This document shows, piece after piece, positions 37,698-46,463 of a DNA stretch of 64,000 nucleotides. The stretch lies in the NCBI GenBank assembly GCA_033851995.1, contig JAWSVI010000003.1, positions 52,794 to 116,793 on the forward strand, in the 5' to 3' direction. The position numbers and the translations under genes are program-made. The stretch is from Desulfobacteraceae bacterium (GTDB lineage: Bacteria > Desulfobacterota > Desulfobacteria > Desulfobacterales > Desulfobacteraceae). Every line of letters starts with the position of its first letter. Position 1 is the stretch's first letter. The notes beneath the pieces were generated by a model that did not search any database, had not been told where the DNA came from, and saw nothing but the letters and a program-made list of their open reading frames with translations.

Positions 37698-38544
37698 GGT
37701 TCTCTTTATTTTGTTTATTGTTATTCTTCTCATTAATTAAAAATATCCAGGGCCTGCCGGTGATCGGGTTTGGATTGACCCGCACCTGTGTCTGGTAGAC
37801 GGTCTGGATATTGCTCTGTGTTAATACATCTTCCGGGGTGCCAATTGAAAAGATTGTTTTTTTCTCTTTACTCAACAAGACCAGCCTGTCTGCATATTCT
37901 GAAGCGAGATTCAAATCATGGAGCACCATTAATACGGTCAAAGACAACTCTTTTTTAAGAATTGTAATCAGATCCAGGATACTTTTCTGGTGGGTAATAT
38001 CCAGATGGGATGTTGGTTCATCCAGCACCAGGAGATCCGGCTGTTGAGCCAATGCCTTTGCAATCGAACAAAGCTGGAGCTCACCGCCGCTGATCTGTGT
38101 AATACGGCTTTCAGCGAGATGTGCAACGCCTGTCAGTTCCATGTACTTTTGAGCAATTTCTATATCCTGTTGGGTCTCAAAAAACTGATAGCGCTTGAAA
38201 AACGGCATCCGCCCCAGCAGCACATAGTCACGTACGCTCATCGCTGCCGGATCTATGGTCTGCATAACTGCAGCCATATGCACAGCAAGTCCCTGATTAG
38301 ACAATTGGGAAATATTTTTACCGAGTACCTGTATGCTGCCGGTGTCCGGTGTTTCACTTTTAAAAATTGTTTTGATCAGGGTGGTTTTCCCACAGCCGTT
38401 GGGGCCAATGATGGCAACAAATTCTTCAGGGTTTATACAAAAAGATATCTTTTCAAGAATCTGATTTCCTTTGTACCCGAAACTCATGTTTTCAACATTA
38501 AGGACTGGTATACCTGAAATTGATTTTTCAATTTTCGAATTCAT
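37588..38544 (-). CDS. btuD: Cobalamin ABC transporter ATP-binding protein with C-terminal read-through extension
   Basis: GPNGCGKT, ISGGELQ, LDEPTSHLD, HDLN; B12-riboswitch operon. Confidence 0.82.
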   Translation of the reverse strand: MNSKIEKSISGIPVLNVENMSFGYKGNQILEKISFCINPEEFVAIIGPNGCGKTTLIKTIFKSETPDTGSIQVLGKNISQLSNQGLAVHMAAVMQTIDPAAMSVRDYVLLGRMPFFKRYQFFETQQDIEIAQKYMELTGVAHLAESRITQISGGELQLCSIAKALAQQPDLLVLDEPTSHLDITHQKSILDLITILKKELSLTVLMVLHDLNLASEYADRLVLLSKEKKTIFSIGTPEDVLTQSNIQTVYQTQVRVNPNPITGRPWIFLINEKNNNKQNKENHDTTSPDKEDLRYGNYRFVPSDLLSRCRFLPDIPES

Positions 38545-39596
38545 AGACTTACCTGCTTTTTGCTCAGGGCCCAGATGAACATAATCCCGCCGATAATACC
38601 GGTAATGACCCCTACGGGCAGTTCGAGCGGAGCAATTATAAAACGGGCAATGACATCCGATGCCGTCAGGAATGCAGCACCTGCCAGAAATGAAGCGGCC
38701 AGAAGGATTCTGTGATCCGGACCGGTCAACATGCGGACAAAATGAGGAACAATCAGTCCGACAAACATTATAATACCGGCAACAGAAACGGATAATCCCG
38801 TTAAAAAAGAAGCCGTAACAAAAAGAATTTTCTTAGTTTTTGAAGTATTAACCCCCAGGCTGGAAGCCTCTTCATCCCCGAGTAGCAAAGCATTTAAGTC
38901 CATGCAGTAAAAATAGGAAACAATTAATCCAAGGACAGATCCAATACAGGCCACACGAATGAGCTTGGCATTAGGTTCATCAAGAGATCCCATGATCCAG
39001 AGTACAATATTCTGCAGGTCATCACTGTGTGAAAGCGCCATTAGCAGCATGACAAGTGAAGAAGCCACATAAGAAATCATCACACCGGTCAACAGCATCC
39101 GATTGGACTTTACATGGGTATTTTTCCGATTCAGGCTGTAAACCAGGAAAATCACCAGACTGGCTCCGGCAAAACCAAACAAAGGATATGCAATGATACC
39201 GATGACTGCATAACACTTAAACAGGATATTGATACAGACTCCAAGGGATGCCCCACCGGAGATTCCCAATGTATATGGTTCCACCAACGGATTTCGGAAC
39301 ATGCCCTGTAACAGGGTACCGGCCAGGCTCAAAGCCCCTCCGATGGCCATCCCTAAAAGAATGCGGGGCAGACGGATGTTCATTAATATGCTGTATTCAA
39401 CTGATGTATTGCCCTGCATCAGTATGGCCGGAATATCTTTAATATCAATCCCGGCTGAACCCGTGCAAAGGGCAAGTATCCCTGTGACCAGCACAAGGCA
39501 CAAAAGCCCTGAAAGAATCAAAACCCATTTTTTAACCCGATTGTAAATACCGGGCCTATGAAGATTGGGGCTGTAAATAAGAGGGCCGCGCTTCAA
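38541..39596 (-). CDS. btuC: Cobalamin ABC transporter permease
   Basis: IRLPRI, RNPLVEPYTLGISGGA, LGDEEASSLGV, FVGLIVPH. Confidence 0.85.
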   Translation of the reverse strand: MKRGPLIYSPNLHRPGIYNRVKKWVLILSGLLCLVLVTGILALCTGSAGIDIKDIPAILMQGNTSVEYSILMNIRLPRILLGMAIGGALSLAGTLLQGMFRNPLVEPYTLGISGGASLGVCINILFKCYAVIGIIAYPLFGFAGASLVIFLVYSLNRKNTHVKSNRMLLTGVMISYVASSLVMLLMALSHSDDLQNIVLWIMGSLDEPNAKLIRVACIGSVLGLIVSYFYCMDLNALLLGDEEASSLGVNTSKTKKILFVTASFLTGLSVSVAGIIMFVGLIVPHFVRMLTGPDHRILLAASFLAGAAFLTASDVIARFIIAPLELPVGVITGIIGGIMFIWALSKKQVSL

Positions 39597-40495
39597 ATGT
39601 CTTCTCCTGGTGATTGGTCGTTGGGGCGGATGAGTTCTGGGTGCACCAATGTCACAATCTGCTTAAGGCCTTTTACAAATGTGACAGGCGTCGGGCTGCA
39701 GAGTATCTCGGGATCAAGCACATGGATACGACCTTTTTCAACCGCTTTGATATTTTTAAACGCCAGCCACTTTTCACGTTCCAGGCGGCCTGCCTTTTTG
39801 CTGGTTCCCATGGTAGCAATTAGAATAACATCCGGATTGACTGATACAACTTTCTCCCTGGAATAAACACCTGAGCCTTCATTCTCGGAAATGTTACGCC
39901 CCCCGCTATAACGGATATATTCATTGATAAACATATCCTTATTTGCAGAATGCAGCGGTTTGATGCCGATCTGTAAAAAAACTTTGGGTTTTTCAAGTGT
40001 GCGGTTTCCTTCTAAAATGGCATTGGCTTTATCTTGAGCTGCTTTAACAATCTTTTGGGCCTGCTCAAAGCATCCAAGCCTTCCACCTAAATCCATTGTC
40101 ATCTCACACATCTGATCAAATGTTTTGGGATTTCGGGCACGGATAACCGGGATAGAAAAGTTTTCCAATGTTTGAATCTGTTTTTCTTTTGACAGGGCGC
40201 TGGCTATGACCAGATCGGGTTTCAGGCGAACGACCTTTTCGATGTTCATCTGTATAACCGAACCGATTTTCGCCTTGGTTTTAGCTTCTTCCGGCACATT
40301 ACAATATGAAGTATTGGCAATGAGGCGATCTTGTGCCCCCACAAGAAATATGGTTTCAGTGATGATGGGAGAGAGCGAAATAACTCGTTCCGGCAATTTT
40401 TTACTTTCAGCATTCACTGGCCACGTGCATAAAAACAAAACTACTGCCGCCACTGCTAATATGTAATATTGGTTGTAAACTCTAATTCTATTCAT
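39593..40495 (-). CDS. btuF: Cobalamin ABC transporter periplasmic binding protein
   Basis: PERVISLSP..TE, NIEKVVRLKPDLV, NPDVI; signal peptide. Confidence 0.82.
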   Translation of the reverse strand: MNRIRVYNQYYILAVAAVVLFLCTWPVNAESKKLPERVISLSPIITETIFLVGAQDRLIANTSYCNVPEEAKTKAKIGSVIQMNIEKVVRLKPDLVIASALSKEKQIQTLENFSIPVIRARNPKTFDQMCEMTMDLGGRLGCFEQAQKIVKAAQDKANAILEGNRTLEKPKVFLQIGIKPLHSANKDMFINEYIRYSGGRNISENEGSGVYSREKVVSVNPDVILIATMGTSKKAGRLEREKWLAFKNIKAVEKGRIHVLDPEILCSPTPVTFVKGLKQIVTLVHPELIRPNDQSPGEDI

Positions 40496-40575
40496 CTTGT
40501 CCTTTCTTGTTTTTTATCTATCTTGTTTTTTTCTGCCATTTTTTTTAAAGTTTGGCTTTTTTATGGGCTGTCTTT

Positions 40576-42615
40576 TTATGGACTGGTTTTATCCAGGTTG
40601 GATACAACTCCTGTAATAATAGTATTCAGTGCTGTTTTTAAAACCAAAGGAATCTGCTGATCTGCAAGGTAATCAGGTATGCTGCTAACTTTTTCACCTG
40701 CAATTTTCGCAGCGGTTTTTTCACACCATAAATTAAACAGGGTTAAGTCTTTAATCAGACCTTTTTCATATTCATCGCTGATGGCAAAGGCTGTTTCAAT
40801 AAATGCGCTGTATTCTTTTTCCAGCAGCAAATGCTCGACGTTTGCAGACAACTGGGTTCTGGGAATATTTTTTAAGTTTATGCAATCGCAGTTTATACCG
40901 GAGGTCAGGCTGAAAAGGGAAATTTTACGTTCCTTTAATCGCTGAAATATATGGCGCTTTTCCGTTACCTTGTTCTGTTTCAGGATGGCCTCGTTTACCC
41001 CTGCATAGACCGCTTTTGCGATCAGTTCACCCATTTTGGTATGCCCTCCGGCATTTTTAATGGGATACCCCTCTCCTTTAACCACCAGAACATTATCTGT
41101 GCCAGTACCAGTTGCTTCGTAAATAAGAGGGGTATAAGTACTCCTGATATCCATATCCTCAAGTGCTGCTGTCTTGGCTTCCGTGGCTGCAATAATCGCC
41201 CGGGTCATGGCCCGGTCAGACAATTCCATGTTGGTCATAATGATGACATTGATGGTACCGGGCTCATAAAACATCCCAATATCACGCGACATCCGAACCG
41301 CATTGGACATAACCCCTGCCGTGACAAGCGCCACCACTTTCATCTGTTTAAACGCTACCTCCTGAACACTTAAATTGTCCATATTGGCACCGGTGATAAG
41401 AAAAGAGGTGGTCTCTTTGTCCTTGTTATTGGCTTTCAGGATATTGGCTCGGATATGATCAATCCCCATCTTGTGACCGGGTCCCCATGTGGGTGGAGGA
41501 GAATAGTGGTTACCCACTGTAAGGATATTATCCCGCAGGCCTTCAAGCGTGGATACTATGGTCATGGGTCTTTGAAAATCAACCATCAGTGTCTTGTTGT
41601 CAAAATCATAAATGGTTGCCGTATTAATTGAAGCTGACTTTACATAATCCAGATCCACTTCTACCGGTTTGGATTCATGGAGTTTCTCCGCAAGAACTTC
41701 ATTTGCAGCGATTGCAAACTCTTCTGTATAAATCATGGAGGAAAGCCACTGAACAAAATACCCGGTATGGATGGATGCCCTGCAGGTCAGCTCACAGGGA
41801 AAATAAAAAACCTGCTGATTTTTAAGCGCATCAACCTGATCCCATCCGGGGCAGGAGAAAAATTTTCGGGCAGCCTCTTTATCCCCGCCGCAGCCATAAA
41901 TCACCTGGGGATTGAAGTTAACCCACTCTTTTTGTGTCACCTCAATAACACTGCCTTTTTTACCAAAATCAGGAGGGATTCCACCCGCCAAACGGATCAG
42001 TTCATTCTGAAAAGAATCGCTGCCCGGTGTCATAACCTTATTTCTGCCCATCAGGCGAATCACACGTTTTCTTTTTCCCTGGACTGATTTAGACAGTTTC
42101 TTTTGAATAAGATCGATTTCTTTTTTATTTTTTTGAATGACCTTTTGGGCTTGTTCCTGTTTGTTAAACAAAGTGCCAAATGTGGTGATGGTTTCAAAAG
42201 AGTGTTCAATACTTTGAGAATCATAGACGAACACGTTGAATCCTTTAGCTTTCATTGCGGCCATGATCTTCTCATGAAAGTCTGCCAGGATAACCAGGTC
42301 CGGCTCCAGGGAGGTTATTTTTTCTATAGATGGCTGGAAAAAACCACCAACAAGCGCCTTTTCTTCTGCACCTTTAAGCGTTGCATCATGATAGGTCAGG
42401 CCCAATACTGCCTTTCCTGCCTCAATCTCGAAAAGGATCTCAGTGGCAGACGGGACAAGGGATACCACCCTTTGTGGTGTTCCCTTGAATATATGTTCTC
42501 CCCCTTTTGAATCTTTCACATAGACAGGCCCAGCTGATGCTGACGCAATGTTCATGCAGGACAAACAAAAAATGACAGCGAATAAAATCTTCAGGGAGCC
42601 GCATCGTGTTTTCAT
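40576..42615 (-). CDS. cbiZ: Fusion of BtuF-like binding domain and adenosylcobinamide amidohydrolase CbiZ
   Basis: N: PQRVVSLVPSATE, LEPDLVI; C: TGANMDN, VTAGV..NA, PGTIN, TEAKTAAL, ATGTGTDNV. Confidence 0.85.
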   Translation of the reverse strand: MKTRCGSLKILFAVIFCLSCMNIASASAGPVYVKDSKGGEHIFKGTPQRVVSLVPSATEILFEIEAGKAVLGLTYHDATLKGAEEKALVGGFFQPSIEKITSLEPDLVILADFHEKIMAAMKAKGFNVFVYDSQSIEHSFETITTFGTLFNKQEQAQKVIQKNKKEIDLIQKKLSKSVQGKRKRVIRLMGRNKVMTPGSDSFQNELIRLAGGIPPDFGKKGSVIEVTQKEWVNFNPQVIYGCGGDKEAARKFFSCPGWDQVDALKNQQVFYFPCELTCRASIHTGYFVQWLSSMIYTEEFAIAANEVLAEKLHESKPVEVDLDYVKSASINTATIYDFDNKTLMVDFQRPMTIVSTLEGLRDNILTVGNHYSPPPTWGPGHKMGIDHIRANILKANNKDKETTSFLITGANMDNLSVQEVAFKQMKVVALVTAGVMSNAVRMSRDIGMFYEPGTINVIIMTNMELSDRAMTRAIIAATEAKTAALEDMDIRSTYTPLIYEATGTGTDNVLVVKGEGYPIKNAGGHTKMGELIAKAVYAGVNEAILKQNKVTEKRHIFQRLKERKISLFSLTSGINCDCINLKNIPRTQLSANVEHLLLEKEYSAFIETAFAISDEYEKGLIKDLTLFNLWCEKTAAKIAGEKVSSIPDYLADQQIPLVLKTALNTIITGVVSNLDKTSP

Positions 42616-42674
42616 CTATTATTACCTTTCAATTATAATTACCTTTTAGTGGCCCTGTCCCTGCTCAGAACCTT

Positions 42675-42718
42675 AAAAAACAAAACTCCGGACCAATTAT
42701 TAAAAATCGATCCGGAGT
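42675..42718 (-). terminator. Intrinsic terminator (expression platform of riboswitch 3)
   Basis: Minus strand ACTCCGGA...TCCGGAGT then TTTGTTTTTT. Confidence 0.75.
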
Positions 42719-42780
42719 ATTCCCTTTTCTTTATCCGAAATTTTAAAATCCCTTTTTTCCACGAAGGGTATTTCATATGG

Positions 42781-42947
42781 TCCAGGTAGGTCTTCTGACT
42801 TTTGGATCAACCTAGTTGCTGCGCCTTCCCATCTTTTTTTAAAAAGAGACAGTGGCTTTGTGCAGCGTTCGTACCCAATCACAGCGGCGGGCCCGTTCCG
42901 GATTTTAACCGGATTCCCTTTTATGCCCCTTTTGGGGCACCTGAATG
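42781..42947 (-). ncRNA. Cobalamin riboswitch 3
   Basis: Reverse complement: CAGGTGCC...AAAAGGGAATCCGGT...GCCCGCCGCTGTGA...GCCACTG...GGGAAGG...AGTCAGAAGACCTACCTGG. Confidence 0.95.
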
Positions 42948-43058
42948 ACCATTGCTTTATTCGTAAAAACAAAAAAAGTCAATATTAAAAAATTTCATTC
43001 TGGACAAATCAAAGTTATGCCGATGATCTCGAACCAGTCAAATCAGGTCTGATAGATA

Positions 43059-43087
43059 TTGACAGGACATCCTGTTTCTATTACGAT
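43059..43087 (+). promoter_or_regulatory. Sigma70 promoter of gcvT-SHMT with internal palindrome
   Basis: TTGACA-17 nt-TACGAT; ACAGGA-CA-TCCTGT inverted repeat at 43062-43075. Confidence 0.65.
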
Positions 43088-43135
43088 TTTTTAACATTGT
43101 TCCAAAAACAAATCACCCAGACGAAAGAGAGCCTC

Positions 43136-45787
43136 ATGAAAGATCTATACAAAACCGTATTGTATGACACCCATGTCAAATCAGGCGCCAACATGGTGGA
43201 ATTCGGTGGGTGGCAGATGCCTGTCAACTACCCTGAAGGTATTATCAATGAACATATGGCGACAAGACGCGCTGCTGGACTTTTTGATGTGTCCCACATG
43301 GGACGGCTCATTTTTAGAGGCAGTGACGCCCTGCCTTTTTTGCAGCATACCCTGACCAACAATGCTGCGGCACTGGATACAGGCGAAAGCCAGTACACAC
43401 TGATTCAAAATGAAGCTGGTGGTGCAATTGACGATGCATACCTGTATCGATTCAAAGATGACGAATACCTGCTGGTGGTCAATGCTTCCAACCGGGAAAA
43501 AGATGTGGCTCATTTCAAGAATCACATTGATGCATTCAATGATATTGAGATGACGGACCAAACCTTTGACATAGCCATGATTTCCCTGCAAGGCCCGAAA
43601 TCCAGAAAAATCATTAAAGAAGTGCTGACTTCCGGCACGCTTCCGGAACCGGCCCGAAATTATCTTAGCATCGTGATGATTGGAGATGTAGAAATTCTTG
43701 TTGCCCGGACCGGATATACAGGAGAACCCCTTGGATTTGAGTTGTTCATGGATAATAAACACGCTGCTGCTGTCTGGGAGTTTCTAACAAAAAAAGGGGC
43801 ATTGCCGGTCGGGCTTGGCGCAAGAGACACATTGAGGCTGGAAGCCAGTCTCCCCCTGTACGGCCATGAACTGGGAATGGATGCAGGCGAGTGTGAGATA
43901 CCGGTTTTTGCATCAAAACTTTCAAAATTTGCTGTTAGTTTTTCACCACTTAAAGGTAATTTTATTGGTAAAATTGCCCTTCTAAAACAGTTTGAAACGC
44001 TTAAAAAAATTACGCATCAGGATTTCACAGACATCAATGCCTTGCCCAAAACTATTATGGCCCTTGCCATAATGGACAAAGGAATTGCCAGGCAAGGATA
44101 TGAAGTCTTTTATAAAGGCAGCCCGGCAGGATTTATCACCTCCGGCACCATGATTCCTTTTCAGGAGCCCAAAGGAGAAGGTCTTGATGCCCAATTTGAA
44201 GATACTCCCAAAAGAAGGGCCATTGCTTTGGGGTTGATTGACAGCAATATCCCGGAAGGGGCCATCCTTGAGGTGGCCATACGAAAAAAACGGTGTAAAG
44301 CCTTGGTGGTTCCGTACCATATGCGTTCTGAAGCACCGCCGTTTGTCCGATCCATCCCGTATAATCAACTAAATATGGAAACCCGTGCCCCCAAGGAGGC
44401 GGATTACCCGAGGATTGCAGGCAACTTGATTGTAAAAGCACTGGACAACCACGCATGGAGACAAAAACAATGCATCAACCTGATCCCTTCGGAAATGAGC
44501 CAGTCTTATATATCCAGACTTTTATCCATCAGCGACCCGGTTAACCGGTATGCAGAACACAAACAAGTAAAGGCCCTGTTTGGAGAAGATGTTTTTTATT
44601 ATCAGGGCACACAATTCATCCAGGAGATTGAAACCCGTTTAAATGAAGAATTTCAAAAATTTTTCAGATGTACGAATGTTGAATCCCGTGTCATTTCAGG
44701 TCAGATGGCGAACACCGCCTTTTTCAGTGCCCTGGTGGATTATCTTAACCGGGCAGACCGGAAAAACGAACCGCAGAGAATTTCAAAAATCATCAACAAC
44801 CACATCATCAAAGGCGGGCATTTGAGTGCCCAGCCCATGGGGGCATTAAGAGATTTTGTGGCCCGGGATCCCAGCAGGGAAAAACCTGCCGTGGTGAATT
44901 TCCCGGTTGAAAAGGGAAACCCATACAAGATTGACATCCAGGCATGCCGCGAATTAATCAAAGACCATCAGCCTGAGCTGATCATACTGGGTAAAAGCAT
45001 GATTATACACAAAGAGCCTGTAGCTGAAATCAGAGACATCGTGGATGAATATGCACCGTCCTGTCTCATTATGTATGACATGGCCCATGTACTTGGACTC
45101 TATGGCCCGCACTTTCAGGAGCCTTTAAAACAAGGCGCCGACATCATTACCGGTTCCACACACAAAACCTTTTTTGGCACTCAGAGGGGAGTCATTGCGG
45201 GCAATTTTGATGAATCAAGCCCTGAATTTGAATTATGGGAAACTATCCAGAGAAGGACATTCCCCGGTAGTGTGAGCAACCATCACCTGGGAACCATGAC
45301 CGGGCTTTTGTTTGCAGCCTATGAGATGAACCATTTTAAAAATGCCTACCAGAAAGCCATCATTTCAAATGCAAAAGCCTTTGCACAAGCACTCAAAGAT
45401 GAAGGCCTTGATGTAGCAGGAGATCCTGAGATCTCTTTTACTGAAACCCACCAGGTTATTTTAAATGTTGGATATGGCAAAGGTGCCCGTATTGCAAGGG
45501 ATCTTGAAGACAATAACATCATTGTCAATTATCAGGCCACACCGGATGAAGAAGGGTTTACAGCATCAGGCGCTCTAAGGATGGGAGTGTCTGAAATGAC
45601 ACGGTTTGGGATGAAAGAAAAAGAGTTCCGGATTCTTGCCGGATTCATGGCAGATGTAATTAAAAACAATTCGGCTGTCAAAAAGGACATTATCCAGTTT
45701 CGCAAAGGATTTAATGACATGCAGTTTTGTTTTTCACCCCAGGCCATGGGAGATGCGGCTCAAAACTTAATAGGAGCGATTGAATAG
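43136..45787 (+). CDS. gcvT: Glycine cleavage T-protein fused to a serine hydroxymethyltransferase-like domain
   Basis: N: FGGWQMPV, GLFDVSHMG, RTGYTGE.GFE, GLGARDTLRLEA; C: INLIPSE, GGHLS, DMAHVLG, STHKT (PLP Lys), LRMGVSEMTR. Confidence 0.9.
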   Translation: MKDLYKTVLYDTHVKSGANMVEFGGWQMPVNYPEGIINEHMATRRAAGLFDVSHMGRLIFRGSDALPFLQHTLTNNAAALDTGESQYTLIQNEAGGAIDDAYLYRFKDDEYLLVVNASNREKDVAHFKNHIDAFNDIEMTDQTFDIAMISLQGPKSRKIIKEVLTSGTLPEPARNYLSIVMIGDVEILVARTGYTGEPLGFELFMDNKHAAAVWEFLTKKGALPVGLGARDTLRLEASLPLYGHELGMDAGECEIPVFASKLSKFAVSFSPLKGNFIGKIALLKQFETLKKITHQDFTDINALPKTIMALAIMDKGIARQGYEVFYKGSPAGFITSGTMIPFQEPKGEGLDAQFEDTPKRRAIALGLIDSNIPEGAILEVAIRKKRCKALVVPYHMRSEAPPFVRSIPYNQLNMETRAPKEADYPRIAGNLIVKALDNHAWRQKQCINLIPSEMSQSYISRLLSISDPVNRYAEHKQVKALFGEDVFYYQGTQFIQEIETRLNEEFQKFFRCTNVESRVISGQMANTAFFSALVDYLNRADRKNEPQRISKIINNHIIKGGHLSAQPMGALRDFVARDPSREKPAVVNFPVEKGNPYKIDIQACRELIKDHQPELIILGKSMIIHKEPVAEIRDIVDEYAPSCLIMYDMAHVLGLYGPHFQEPLKQGADIITGSTHKTFFGTQRGVIAGNFDESSPEFELWETIQRRTFPGSVSNHHLGTMTGLLFAAYEMNHFKNAYQKAIISNAKAFAQALKDEGLDVAGDPEISFTETHQVILNVGYGKGARIARDLEDNNIIVNYQATPDEEGFTASGALRMGVSEMTRFGMKEKEFRILAGFMADVIKNNSAVKKDIIQFRKGFNDMQFCFSPQAMGDAAQNLIGAIE

Positions 45788-45834
45788 CATTTAATGTTGT
45801 CACCCCCTCCCCGTCATTCAATCTTTTTATTGCA

Positions 45835-46455
45835 TCAGGCTGCCGGAATTTTGCCGAGGCGGTAGCAAACCCCTACCGCCAGGGAATAAATAATATCCAG
45901 GGGCAAATGATCCTGGATTGTCCTGTCAAACAGGAGCTTTGCTTCACTGGGAAAATCTTTATCGCCCTGCCAATATAAAACCGCCACCGGTATTGTGGGG
46001 GTAATTTGAAATACGAAAGCCTTATCTGCAAGCTCCAGGGGCAAGCCTTCTGCGGCTTTGCATACCAACTCAAACCCGGAAAGATCATCTTCAAACCGAT
46101 TGGTGATATCGCTGGTAGGAAGCGTGTGAGGGCCTCTGAAAAATGCAGCCCCGCCAGGGATGTCTTTTTCAGACACCCACTCACCTGATGGTTGAGTATT
46201 TTTTGATTTCATTAAATAATACAAGATAAAAAGATCAATAAATCCATGATAGGCCGGGAGATTCTCTCCTCCTTTGGGATGGATTTGAAAAATATTGAGA
46301 TCCACGACATATTCATATTCCCATATATTGACCACATATTGATTGAGTTCACTATCAAAGGCGCATCCGATTCGCTGTGTTACTTCTTTGGGGTCGCAGG
46401 CTTTTAAGTCCTCGTAGTTGGCTGTGTCCACCAGGTCATTCATATTTTCCTCCAC
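45835..46455 (-). CDS. DUF3786 domain protein
   Basis: GEWVSEKDIPGGAAFFRG, VAVLYWQGDKDFPSEAKLLFD pattern. Confidence 0.78.
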   Translation of the reverse strand: MEENMNDLVDTANYEDLKACDPKEVTQRIGCAFDSELNQYVVNIWEYEYVVDLNIFQIHPKGGENLPAYHGFIDLFILYYLMKSKNTQPSGEWVSEKDIPGGAAFFRGPHTLPTSDITNRFEDDLSGFELVCKAAEGLPLELADKAFVFQITPTIPVAVLYWQGDKDFPSEAKLLFDRTIQDHLPLDIIYSLAVGVCYRLGKIPAA

Positions 46456-46463
46456 TCAAAAAT

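Noticed and set aside
42700-42972. 90 aa minus-strand ORF
   Set aside because: Coincides with cobalamin riboswitch 3; no protein motif
42960-43135. Glycine riboswitch upstream of gcvT
   Set aside because: No GGAGA/CAGG tandem aptamer pattern and the leader after the promoter is only ~45 nt
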